From NCBI RefSeq assembly GCF_046119375.1, contig NW_027362764.1:164548001-164612000 (forward strand): 64,000 nt of DNA, read 5' to 3'. Below, piece by piece: positions 38,691 to 49,430 of this stretch. Positions within the stretch are counted from its first letter, which is position 1, and every line of letters begins with the position of its first letter. Origin of the DNA: Phyllobates terribilis. Lineage: Eukaryota. The position numbers were made by a program, and so were the translations under genes. A model generated the notes under the pieces. It was not told where the DNA came from. It did not search any database and saw only the letters and a list, made by a program, of their open reading frames with translations.

Positions 38691-39559
38691 CTTGGGAAAA
38701 CCATAATGGAAAAATACTATTAAATATCATAGTACAACATGAGCCGTGCAACATTAGGAAAACAAAGAGTATGTTTAAACAAATGTATGCAGATAAGTGT
38801 TCTGTACATGTATGTATGCATATAATATGTACAAACACAACATCTATAGTTCTCATCATGATAAAAAGAAGGTTCGGGGAGATTTGCCATCATCCACAAA
38901 TCCTAATCCTGAGGCTCTGAGCATGAAAACTTTAGCCGGAGTGAGGGGAGTGGTCCCCTGAAGAGGATGGCCGGTGGGAGGTTGATGTAGGGGGTCTAAT
39001 TACCTCTGGATGGCTCATGACTATGCTGGATTGTCTCATCCATTCTTCATTCCCATAAATCTGGATTCTTTTGCTGGTCACTCTGGGATATTCACTGCTG
39101 ATATCTATCAACTTTCATTTTCTATATGGGCGGTCACTGAGAGGAAAACATCATGTAATGCAGCTTTTGCTTCAAGTGCTTGAAGCAGTAAAGGAATGTT
39201 GATGCCTTTGGTTTGGATGTGTGATACATGAATTATTGAGTTCAGGGACTTACCTGGTATCCTGTCGCACTGCTGCCTTACTGCATCTGCTTACATGGGA
39301 CTGCCTGTGGTGCAATGACTCTGTGACTACAATCTACTCTCTTTGGTTATGTACTGTGGCTTTTAGATGATGCAATTAATGCATTATTCCCAAATATTTG
39401 ATGTGAAAGCTGTATTTTTACCTAATTGGAGTAACATTAATTATTAACAACTTTTTGTTTTACTTTTAGAGATACATGTATAATTTCTAGGCAGTATACA
39501 AATATAGCAGGAGATAGATAGATAGATTACAGATAGATAGAGTACAGATAGATAGATGA

Positions 39560-39709
39560 TAGACTGTAAGCCCGCAAGGGCAGGGTCCTCTTCTCTCTGT
39601 ACCAGTCTATCATTGTTAGTTTGTTTACTGTAAGTGATATCTGTATTTCGTATATAACACTTTATGTACAGCACCATGGAATCAATGGCGCTATATAAAT
39701 AATAATAAT
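39560..39709 (+). mobile_element. L2-like LINE 3' tail
   Basis: TAGACTGTAAGCCC...GGGCAGGGTCC...GTACAGCACCATGGAATCAATGGCGCTATATAAATAATAATAAT. Confidence 0.7.
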
Positions 39710-42093
39710 GATAGATGTATGCCAGTGAGAGTAGGGTATTATGCCCCTCCGTATCAGTCTGTCACTGTTAGTTTGTTTGTTGTACTTGTATTTTTTATCG
39801 TTATGTAAAACCTATTCACATGTACAGCACCCTGGAGTTAATGGTGCTTTAAAAGAAGTAGAAGTTATATATCTATATATCCATACATCTATTGATATAG
39901 AGAGAGATGTGGATATATATACATAAATATATATATGTGTGTGTGCATACGTCTATATATATACATATATATTACCATGCGCTAAAAAATTAAATACTGA
40001 CTCACTTTTATTTTTGTTTCTGATTTTCCCTTCATTGCTGCACTTTCTCATTCTATTAAGTCTCACACAGCATTATACATATATATGAATATAGAAAGGA
40101 ATCACAAAAAAACTGAAACAAAAAAGTCAGTTTAGTTAAAACCATGCTGGTGCTTTGGTTCCTGTACATACAAACATATTAAAAAAATATTATCGTTTTA
40201 TGCATCCCTTGTCCAGTTTAGGTCAGCAGTACCATAGATAATACATAGTGATAGTTATTAAAGGTCCAGTTTCAGATGACTGATCAGTTGTAACCAATGG
40301 AAATTTCCATCAAATACAAAAAGGAACTGAGGACTTCCTAAATATTACGACAATTAGCTTTTAGATGAAAAAGTAATGTGTGCAACAATGTATTAGAAAT
40401 AAATTATATTTACAATGGAGGGAACAATTTTCTGCATTGAAAATCACTCCCATCATTGCAGATATCGTCACTCTTGAATGAATATTCATAGAACAGTCAT
40501 ACTTTTCATTGTGTGAATAATAAAGAAAAGCATCATATTTAATTCAGATTGTTTACATTGCTACACAATACAAGGTTTAAACCCAAATCCAGAGCAAACT
40601 TTTCCCAGTTCTTAGTATCAAGTTGTCAGCCACAAACAGATTGAACATCAAAGAGAAGGAAGGAATCTGAGCTCAGTGAGGTAGTGAGAAAATCTGTTTT
40701 GCATTTTACCACCTCTGTGTGGCAGGAAAAGTAAACTTGAATCTATTGAGATAAACGTTTCCTTCACATTCTCGAAATTCTCCAAAGAACGTGATGTTAG
40801 TTTTATGGCTAATATTGTATTAATACTTAGAATCACAGTTACATGTGTGGAGATATTACTTTCCATATTGATGGAAAAAAAATTGGAAACAAAAACTGTT
40901 ACGACTTCAATTCATGTAATAAGATTAATTGAACATTTATTTATATTTATTATATTCAAGTAATTGATGTAAGTAATAATTATATTAATTCAATTAATTA
41001 TTGAATTGTGTTATAAAGGTATAAAAATATTAGAAATTGGTAATACTAAACACAATTGATATCATTTTTTTTCTCTGCTCTTACTTGTATTCATATCTGT
41101 AAAATAAAGTACATAAAGCCGATGACATTTTTTTATGTGCTCTCTTTTAAAAAAAATTAAGAAAGGGTTCCTTAGATCCATTTTAATGAAATACAAACAA
41201 AGTGCAACAATTTTTATCAGTCAGGATTAAGTAATAATTTAAAATAATAGTTTTATTTCTATAGCGTCAACATATTCTGCTGCACTTTACAGTTCAGAGT
41301 GTTTTGATAGAAAAAAACCTTCAATAAATGGTTTTATTTCTAAGAACCTATCATAAAGAGCTTTAGTTTAAAAAAAATGACAGGGAGGAAAGAGCCCATG
41401 CTGAGCTTAAGAGCTTATGCCTGAAGCTGTATCAAAATTCTGTAGTGTATGGAGTAATAATATGACTTCCATAGAAGTGCATGAACCATCTATAGTACCT
41501 CTGTATGCCTCCAATTTCATATGAAAGAAAATGCAATATGAAAGTTTTTATTTCTGGTGAATTCCATTGAAAAGCAATATAACAGAAATCATGCTATTTT
41601 GCATTTGACTACTGTTTGGTGATTTAGAAAATGATCACTTCTAGAGAAGGATATATCTGTGCACATGAAGCCCTAAAAGTAGCAACTAGCATCAGATTCA
41701 AAAATATCACTGAGAAACATATGTTGGTGCTATATAAATAAAGTTATTAATTGTTAACTTATGCAGAAGTATATAATATTTAGCATCACTTGTCTAATCA
41801 GTTTGAACCATATTTTACAAAACTATACAGGAAAATAAAAACACACGCAAAAAAGTAGTGGGAATGTGCCCTAAAGCCAAAAATGTTATTAAGAAAAAAT
41901 GTATCTGCTCTAAAGAAATAATGAATTCTGTAAAATAAGGATAGTGCCCGGGCTTAACTAAAATAGTAATAATAATAATAATACAATGTAAATAGAAATT
42001 GCTTAGTTCCACACACTAAATAAGTTACAATATTATATTTTGGATCATGATGAACTTTATGTCTAGTAGGTAACTTTTTTTTAACAAGAAAGG

Positions 42094-42149
<56 letters not shown>

Positions 42150-42154
42150 AAATT

Positions 42155-42316
42155 GAGGCAGCACTCAAATAAAAGAGGACTCTTTATTGGCCCAGGTTGC
42201 TATGTTTTCTTTCTATAATAGAACCTTCTCAAGCTTCTTAATGAAGCTTCTGTTATGGAACTGAAACATCACCATATGGGCCAATAAAGAGTCCTCTTTT
42301 ATTGGAGTGCTGCCTC
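42155..42316. mobile_element. Short palindromic Penelope-like insertion with two degraded hammerhead relics
   Basis: Arms GAGGCAGCACTC-AAATAAAAGAGGACTCTTTATTGGCCCA / TGGGCCAATAAAGAGTCCTCTTTTATTGGAGTGCTGCCTC; the centre has UUGAGAA...AAAC and UUAAUGA...GAAACAUC relics on opposite strands. Confidence 0.55.
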
Positions 42317-42417
42317 CTTTTTCTTTATTATATTGTGAGACAATTCAGGTATATGTCTGAGATGCTTGGCACTCGAAACAAAATACCCTGGTGCTGCTAC
42401 ATCACAGTTTTTTTGTA

Positions 42418-42942
42418 GCTAGATAGATAAATAAATAAATAGATACAATAGGTAGATAGATACAATAGATAGATACAACAGATACTGTAGGTACGTAGAT
42501 AGATAAATGGATAGATACATACAATAGATAGATATAATAGATAGGTAGATAGATATAATAGATAGATAGATACAATATATTGATACGTAGAGAGATAAAT
42601 ACGATAGATAGCTACAATAGATAGATAGATACATAGATCGACAAATAGATATAATAGATAGGTAGAGATAGATAAATAGATAGATATATACAATAGATAG
42701 ATAGTTACGTACGTAGATAGATAAATAGATACATATGTAGAGAGATAAATAGATAGATACATACAATAGATACAGTAGATATGTAGATAGATAAATACGA
42801 TAGATAGATAAGATAGATAGATACAATAGATAGATAGATACATACGTAGATAGATAAACAGATATAAAGATACGTAGATAGATAAATAGATACAATAAAT
42901 AGATACGTAGACAGATAAATAGATAAATACGATAGATAGATA
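42418..42942. repeat. Long degenerate (GATA)n tract
   Basis: Direct reading; source of the low-complexity ORFs at 42397-43047. Confidence 0.95.
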
Positions 42943-43009
42943 AAAAATCCAAAAAATGAGGACAGCACTCCTATTAGAAATCCAGTGATTTATTTGCTCA
43001 AAAAGAGCT

Positions 43010-43052
43010 AAGGCGACGTTTCGGCTCTGTGTTTGAGCCTTTCTCAAGCCTT
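43010..43052 (-). ncRNA. Minimal type I hammerhead ribozyme motif, U3-A8 variant
   Basis: Minus strand AAGGC-UUGAGAA-A-GGCUC-AAACACA-GAGCC-GAAA-CG-UC-GCCUU: 5-bp stem I, 5-bp stem II, GUC triplet, palindromic ACGU stem III. AATAAA and a GGAGTGCTG end follow downstream. Confidence 0.75.
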
Positions 43053-43937
43053 TTTTGGATTTTAGATGTTGGGTTTGGTCTAAGCCTGGAGGACGTGCAC
43101 CCGATTTATATATTTTTGTTTGCTTGCTGGTGCTGTTTGGATTTTATTTTTTCTAGATAGATAGATCTACTGCAAAACTTGCTGAATTATTTTTATTAAA
43201 ATGTTTCAAAATAAACAAATGATTAAAACGAAAAATAATAAAAATCAGACAAGAAAAAAAAAAAAAAGACTGATAGGATGGGCCATTCTACCTTCAGACA
43301 TGCATATGGCTCCCATGGTTAACCTAACACTATGACCCCATACAGTTCTACACATTTAGCTGGGTTCGATCTGAAAGAGAGACTGTAAAACATGGCTGCA
43401 ATTTGCTTGTCTAAATCCAGTCTATATTAGCAAATACTGACAATTTGGCCAATTATGTAAAATTAGTTAAATAATTTGACAAATTCCCTTGCAAAAACAA
43501 CCAAGTAGCAACATATAACCTGCTAAAATTCCGATTTGCTGCGTTAGTTCTGATAATGTAGTTGATATGAAAATTAAGGAAGATTTATTAATCCTAATAT
43601 TTAGATGTTGTTAACTTGCCTAATTCATCACTGTGGCTCACGCTGGATGCATTTGGTGCATTTTTAGACACTTTTATTTCATTTTATACCACCTGTTGAT
43701 TGGCTTAGTTTGTGGCAACATTATGCACTAATATTTTCAATATTTTGGTACAATTTTCCTGCATGTGGTCACATTTTAAGCCATGTCCTCTGTCCACCAA
43801 AACGTCTGTTCTTTTGGCACAAAAGCTTGATAAATGTGTCTATAAATATCTTCCCCTAAATTTTGCAACTTCAGTAGTAATTATGCTTTCTGGATTTCTG
43901 TAATAAAGTTTCACACATCTACCAACATTTGTATGTG

Positions 43938-45295
43938 CAGTTGCAATAATAATTAACTAACTTTGCAAATTAAGTTTATTAGCAAAATTTACAAACTTTC
44001 TGCTGTTTGCAAGAAACCAATTAAACAAGAAAAAGTAAATGATATAACAAGTGGTTTCTCCATATGCAACACAAAATGCCACTTTTCATGACTACTGCAG
44101 TCTCAGAATTATTCATCCCCTTTATGACAAACATTTTTGCTGCTTAGTATTTTTTGGCTGTTCATGCTGCAAACGTGATGCATAGCCAGACACAAGCTTC
44201 TGGCAGTGTTCCTGAGAAATGTTTATTTGGTGATGGCCTCCAGTTCACTAATATTCCTGGGTTGTCAAGTCAGTGGTCCAAAAAGTCAGGAGGAGAGATC
44301 ATTGCCTTGTACAAAAAAAGGAAAACGAATCAAAAAGATAGTAAAGCATTGAATGTTCCTAGAGATACCGCTGGAAGCAGAGTTTGCAGATTCATAGTTA
44401 AAGGAACACTGGCTGCACTACCTGAAGATTCCTGAGGAGACAGGTGGTCAAAAACCCTCAAGTGACTTCAAGAGACCTGCAGCAAGATTTGGCAGGAACA
44501 AGCACTGAGGTTTTAATTTAAGTCCATAAAGCGCTCAAAGGCTTGGTTTCAGAAGTTCGGAAAATACTGAAGGGGCCAACACAGTCACCTGACTTGAGCC
44601 TGAAAGAAAATCTTTGGTGGGATATGAAGAAGTCAGATGCAGATTGCAAACCCAAGAATATTAGAAAACTGGAGGCCATTGCCCATGAGGAATGGGCTAA
44701 GATTCCTCAGGATTAGGGATGAGTGGACCCGTAGAAGTTCGGGTTTTGGTGCTTGACCCGAACTTTATTCCAAAGTTCGGTTTGGGTACCACAACTGTAC
44801 CCAAACCTGATCTAGAACCCGAACCCATTCAAAAGAATGGGGACCCAAACTTTTGAGCTGGAAAATTCTCTCTCCTCCCAGACTTCCCCAGGAAACAGGA
44901 ACATTGCAACTGATTTCCAGGAGAAGCTCATATTCGACGTTTCGCACCGGACACTAACGAACCTGAACTTTCAAGTTCGGGTTCGCTCTTCTGTACTCAG
45001 GAATGCTGCCAGAAGATGGTGTCTGAATATGTATCACGTTTGCTGCAGTTTATAACAGTCAAAGATACAGTAATAAATACTAAAGACGCTTGTCATGAAG
45101 GGGGGGATATTCTGAGTCTGCAGCAGTCAGCAGAAAGGGCATTTTGTAATGAATTTGGAGGAACCACTTGTTATATGGTGCTGAGCTATTTCAATTTATG
45201 TCATTTGACTGATTTATTGCAAACAGCAGAAAGTTTATAAAATTTGCTAATAAACCTAATTTGCCATGGAGGTTGAAGAATTTTCATTGCATCTG
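43938..45295 (+). mobile_element. Degraded, internally deleted Tc1 element
   Basis: Imperfect long TIRs (GCAAATTAAGTTTATTAGCAAAATTTACAAACTTTCTGCTGTTTGCAA and its reverse complement); transposase relics EIIALYKK...ALNVPRDTAGS and ENLWWDMKK...LEAIAHEEWAKIPQ. Confidence 0.85.
44714..44995. mobile_element. hAT-type MITE nested in the Tc1 relic
   Basis: Termini TAGGGATGAG / CTCTTCTGTA; near-perfect 8-bp TSD CTCAGGAT (44706-44713) / CTCAGGAA (44996-45003). Confidence 0.8.
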
Positions 45296-45455
45296 TAGTG
45301 TTGGTGATGGAATTGGCAAGCAGTACAGACGTTAGGTTGATTGGTTGTCCATCTATCTGCCTATTTTAAACTAAGGTCAGTGTCACAACTCAGGCATTAA
45401 TCCCCATGATGTTTCAGGATTCAATTTTATTGCAAATGTATTTCATATTTATTTG

Positions 45456-45603
45456 TAGACTGTGAGCCCTCGTGGGCAGGGTCCTCGCTCCTGTACCAGT
45501 CCCCGTCACGCTTTGTTCAAGATTATAGTAATTGTTCTTGTATGTATACCCCTTTTTCACAGGTAAAGCGCCATGGAATAAATGTCGCTATAATAATAAT
45601 AAT
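45456..45603 (+). mobile_element. L2-like LINE 3' tail
   Basis: TAGACTGTGAGCCC...GGGCAGGGTCC...AAAGCGCCATGGAATAAATGTCGCTATAATAATAAT. Confidence 0.7.
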
Positions 45604-46003
45604 TTGTGCTGTTTAGAACTGTTATGGTGCACTCCGATAACTGGTGGATGTTCGGTAGTTAACGTGCAGTCCTATGCAAAACTATAGATAATCTGAGATC
45701 ACTCACACTCAGTTCTGCTGCAATTCACTGAATTCTGTTTTGCTTCAGATCGTGTAATGTACTTTGTGTATTGGTTTTATCATTTTCTTTCCTTATAAAG
45801 CTGTACGTGATAGCAGATTAAGAACCCAACAGTACTACGCCTCATGTTACTACACCATTAGAAGGGAATTTGATAGATTTAGTGAGAAGCATACGCTCCA
45901 TCACCCGGTATTTACTAAGGTGTTTCTCCACTGCGGTATGCGAGTGGAAACACTAGAAAGCTCTACATAAGAAACTTGGAAAAAAACTGCTTGCTTCTGC
46001 CAG

Positions 46004-46102
46004 GCTTCAAATGGTGAAATTGGAAGATTTATTATGTGAAGAACCTGTAAAAACAACTGATGATTCGATTCAATTGCTCATGAAACGCAACACAGGAAAA
46101 TG
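46004..46102 (+). CDS. Candidate 99-bp internal coding exon of an unidentified host gene
   Basis: Acceptor TTGCTTCTGCCAG, consensus donor ATG|GTAAGT, symmetric phase 2/2, open frame LQMVKLEDLLCEEPVKTTDDSIQLLMKRNTGK. Protein not recognised. Confidence 0.4.
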
Positions 46103-46654
46103 GTAAGTGGGCTCTGCTGGAATATTTCAGGACCCAAAGCCAAGTTAAAAGTACCAGTTATGTACATGGCACTGTAGTTTGAGATAAAGTACATCCGAAA
46201 ATATTGGCAAGTAGAGAGTTTTGTCAACACCTACAAAGTAATTCAGATATAGGTTTACTGGATCCAGGATCCTTAGCAGTATGTATCACTACCTGACGGA
46301 TAAGTGGGTGTAAAGCAGTTACTAAACTAACGATGTGACAATAATGTAAAAATAGAAATCTACTAAGATACCACAGGACAGAATTCAATTCTTTTGAGCT
46401 CATGTGTACCCGATTAACACCCTTACAAAATATATTCCAATTAGTATGTATATATATTTGGACTNNNNNNNNNNNNNNNNNNNNNNNNNNNNNNNNNNNN
46501 NNNNNNNNNNNNNNNNNNNNNNNNNNNNNNNNNNNNNNNNNNNNNNNNNNNNNNNNNNNNNNNNNNNNNNNNNNNNNNNNNNNNNNNNNNNNNNNNNNNN
46601 NNNNNNNNNNNNNNNNNNNNNNNNNNNNNNNNNNNNNTGACTGATAGATAGGTA

Positions 46655-48284
46655 CAGTACAGACCAAAAGTTTGGACACACCTTCTCATTTAAAGATTTT
46701 TCTGTATTTTCATGACTATGAAAATTGTACATTCACACTGAAGGCATCAAAACTATGAATTACCACATGTGGAATTATATACTTAACAAAAAAGTGTGAA
46801 ACAACTGAAAATATGTCTTATATTCTAGGTTCTTCAAAGTAGCCACCTTTTGCTTTGATGACTGCTTTGCACACTCTTGGCATTCTCTTGATGAGCTACA
46901 AGAGGTAGTCACCGGAAATGGTTTTCCCTTCACAGGTGTGCCCTGTCAGGTTTAATAAGTGGGATTTCTTGCCTTATAAATGGGGTTGGGACCATCAGTT
47001 GTGTTGTGCAGAAGTCAGGTGGATACACAGCTGATAGTCCTACTGAATAGACTGTTAGAATTTGTATTATGGCAAGAAAAAAGCAGCTAAGTAAAGAAAA
47101 ACGAGTGGCCATCATTACTTTAAGAAATGAAGGTCAGACGGTCCGAAAAATTGGGCAAACTTTGAAAGTGTCCCCAAGTGCAGTTGCAAAAACCATTAAG
47201 CGCTACAAAGAAACTGGCTCACATGAGGACCGCCCCAGGAAAGGAAGACCAAGAGTCACCTCTGCTTCTGAGGATAAGTTTATCCGAGTCACCAGCCTCA
47301 GAAATCGCAGGTTAACAGCAGCTCAGATTAGAGACCAGATCAATGCCACACAGAGTTCTAGCAGCAGACACATCTCTACAACAACTGCTAAGAGGAGACT
47401 TTGTGCAGCAGGCCTTCATGGTAAAATAGCTGCTAGGAAACCACTGCTAAGGACAGGCAACAAGCAGAAGAGACTTGTTTGGGCTAAAGAGCACAAGGAA
47501 TGGACATTAGACCAGTGGAAATCTGTGCTTTGGTCTTATGAGTCCAAATTTGAGATCTTTGGTTCCAACCACCGTGTCTTTGTGCGACGCAGAAAAGGTG
47601 AACGGATGGACTCTACATGCCTGGTTCCCACCGTGAAGCATGGAGGAGGAGGTGTGATGGTGTGGGGGGGCTTTGCTGTTGACACTGTTGGGGATTTATT
47701 CAAAATTGAAGGCATACTGAACCAGCATGGCTACCACAGTATCTTGCAGCGGCATGCTTTTCCATCTGGTTTGCGTTTAGTTGGACCATCATTTATTTTT
47801 CAAAAGGACAATGACCCCAAACACACCTCCAGGCTGTGTAAGGGCTATTTGACCAAGAAGGAGAGTGATGGGGTGCTACGCCAGATGACCTGGCCTCCAC
47901 AGTCACCAGACCTGAACCCAATCGAGATGGTTTGGGGTGAGCTGGACCGCAGAGTGAAGGCAAAAGGGCCAACAAGTGCTAAGCATCTCTTGGAACTCCT
48001 TCAAGATTGTTGGAAGACCATTTCCGGTGACTACCTCTTGAAGCTCATCAAGAGAATGCCAAGAGTGCGCAAAGCAGTCATCAAAGCAAAAGGTGGCTAC
48101 TTTGAAGAACCTAGAATATAAGACATATTTTCAGTGGTTTCACACTTTTTTGTTAAGTATATAATTCCACATGTGGTAATTCATAGTTTTGATGCCTTCA
48201 GTGTGAATGTACAATTTTCATAGTCATGAAAATACAGAAAAATCTTTAAATGAGAAGGTGTGTCCAAACTTTTGGTCTGTACTG
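46655..48284 (+). mobile_element. Full-length Tc1/mariner element of the DD38E (Intruder/IT) type, 1630 bp
   Basis: TA target duplication (46653-46654, 48285-48286); 273-bp near-perfect TIRs (46655-46927, 48012-48284) starting CAGTACAGACCAAAAGTTTGGACACA. Confidence 0.96.
47069..48121 (+). CDS. Tc1-family transposase, 350 aa, DD38E spacing, first catalytic Asp replaced by Tyr
   Basis: Paired-like HTH N-terminus, GRPR motif, WSYESKF (WSDESKF expected), FQKDNDPKH (D247), SPDLNPIE (E286); 38 residues between D247 and E286. Confidence 0.93.
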   Translation: MARKKQLSKEKRVAIITLRNEGQTVRKIGQTLKVSPSAVAKTIKRYKETGSHEDRPRKGRPRVTSASEDKFIRVTSLRNRRLTAAQIRDQINATQSSSSRHISTTTAKRRLCAAGLHGKIAARKPLLRTGNKQKRLVWAKEHKEWTLDQWKSVLWSYESKFEIFGSNHRVFVRRRKGERMDSTCLVPTVKHGGGGVMVWGGFAVDTVGDLFKIEGILNQHGYHSILQRHAFPSGLRLVGPSFIFQKDNDPKHTSRLCKGYLTKKESDGVLRQMTWPPQSPDLNPIEMVWGELDRRVKAKGPTSAKHLLELLQDCWKTISGDYLLKLIKRMPRVRKAVIKAKGGYFEEPRI

Positions 48285-48310
48285 TATATATATATATTTG
48301 ATAGATAGAT

Positions 48311-48378
<68 letters not shown>

Positions 48379-49129
48379 ATAAATAGTGTGTGCATGTTTC
48401 TGTAGCTCTCTGGCAAGGGGGCAAAATCTCTTTTGCTTAACATGTGGATTATCTGGTTTTGAATACTGGGGCAATTATGAGTTAATACAGAGGGGTCTTA
48501 CATTTACGATACCTATCTATCCTCCAGTGTTTCTCAAGAACCCAGCTTTACCCCACCTTGTACATGACCAGTTTATAGAATCTGTAATACTTCATTCTTC
48601 ATGTGGTGGCGCTGCAGAGCAGTTAAAACATTTGCTCTTAGATTCCCCAATAGATAATAGCTGATTGCTGGGAGTGATCTCAGCAGGACACACTATAATC
48701 AGCGTATCCTCAGGGGATCCTTCCAACAAAAAAGCATTGTCTAAATTAGAAAGCCCCTTTAAATCTGTTTACCTATAATTATACTCTGGCAATGGTGAAC
48801 AACATCCCTGCCATTATGTGTCATTATTTTTGCATTACAATGGGCTATAATGCTAGCAGGGATTTCCACCAGTACTATCTTCTAAACCAGCCACCTAATT
48901 TCATGTTGGCTTTCTCTTGCAAGCACTGAGCCAGCTCGGAGATGAAGGGCTTACATGTGTGAATGGAGTGTGTTTGTCTATCTGGGAGTTTGGAGATTTT
49001 AATTACTGGGGAGAGGCTGAATGTGAATGCAGCTGAAGAAATGATAGAAGAAGCCGGCCTTATCATAATGGCTTATTGAGTACATCATTCAGTGCTAACT
49101 GAATGATGGCTCCCTGGAGGGGATGTCAG

Positions 49130-49181
49130 TTTCTTGTATATCAGTCCCTGCTCCATTTCTTGTATATCAGTCCCTGCTCCA
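49130..49181. repeat. Exact 26-bp tandem duplication
   Basis: TTTCTTGTATATCAGTCCCTGCTCCA twice. Confidence 0.95.
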
Positions 49182-49243
49182 TCGTAGGTTATAAGCTTCC
49201 AGCTAAACGTGGTGACTGCAGCGATGTGAAAAACCATGATTAA

Positions 49244-49430
49244 AGCACCACTCCAGCGTTTTTGTTTTTTTATTATTTTGAGTGCTGGAGTGGTGCCACT
49301 AATATAAGTTCCCTAACCCTAGTATACTTACCAGCTGCCGTCTTCAGCTCTTTCCAGTGCCGACCCGGTTCTATGTCGCCATCTTGTGACCACATCTCCC
49401 GACTGACCAGAAGTCAGAGGTAATAAAAGA
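49244..49430 (+). mobile_element. Kolobok-type MITE left portion
   Basis: TTAA followed by an AGCACCACTCCAGC terminus with the internal hairpin ...TGCTGGAGTGGTGC. Confidence 0.55.

Larger units (their letters stand above)
19324..46637. other. Assembly gaps at 19324-19593, 22492-22635, 24776-24976, 27955-28134, 32837-32977, 34645-34789 and 46465-46637
   Basis: N runs, mostly abutting microsatellites or TE copies. Confidence 0.99.

Noticed and set aside
39248-39420. Perfect minus-strand donor CAG|GTAAGT at 39248-39256
   Set aside because: All upstream frames contain stops; at most a non-coding exon, and unsupported.
42397-43047. Long Y/L/S/I-rich ORFs, and similar IY-repeat ORFs at 21512, 22477-23073, 34456-34922, 53088-53461 and 63502
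   Set aside because: Translations of (GATA)n and (TA)n microsatellites.
44925-44950. CGAAACGTC on the minus strand, resembling a hammerhead 3' half
   Set aside because: No CUGANGA core upstream; it lies inside a hAT MITE.
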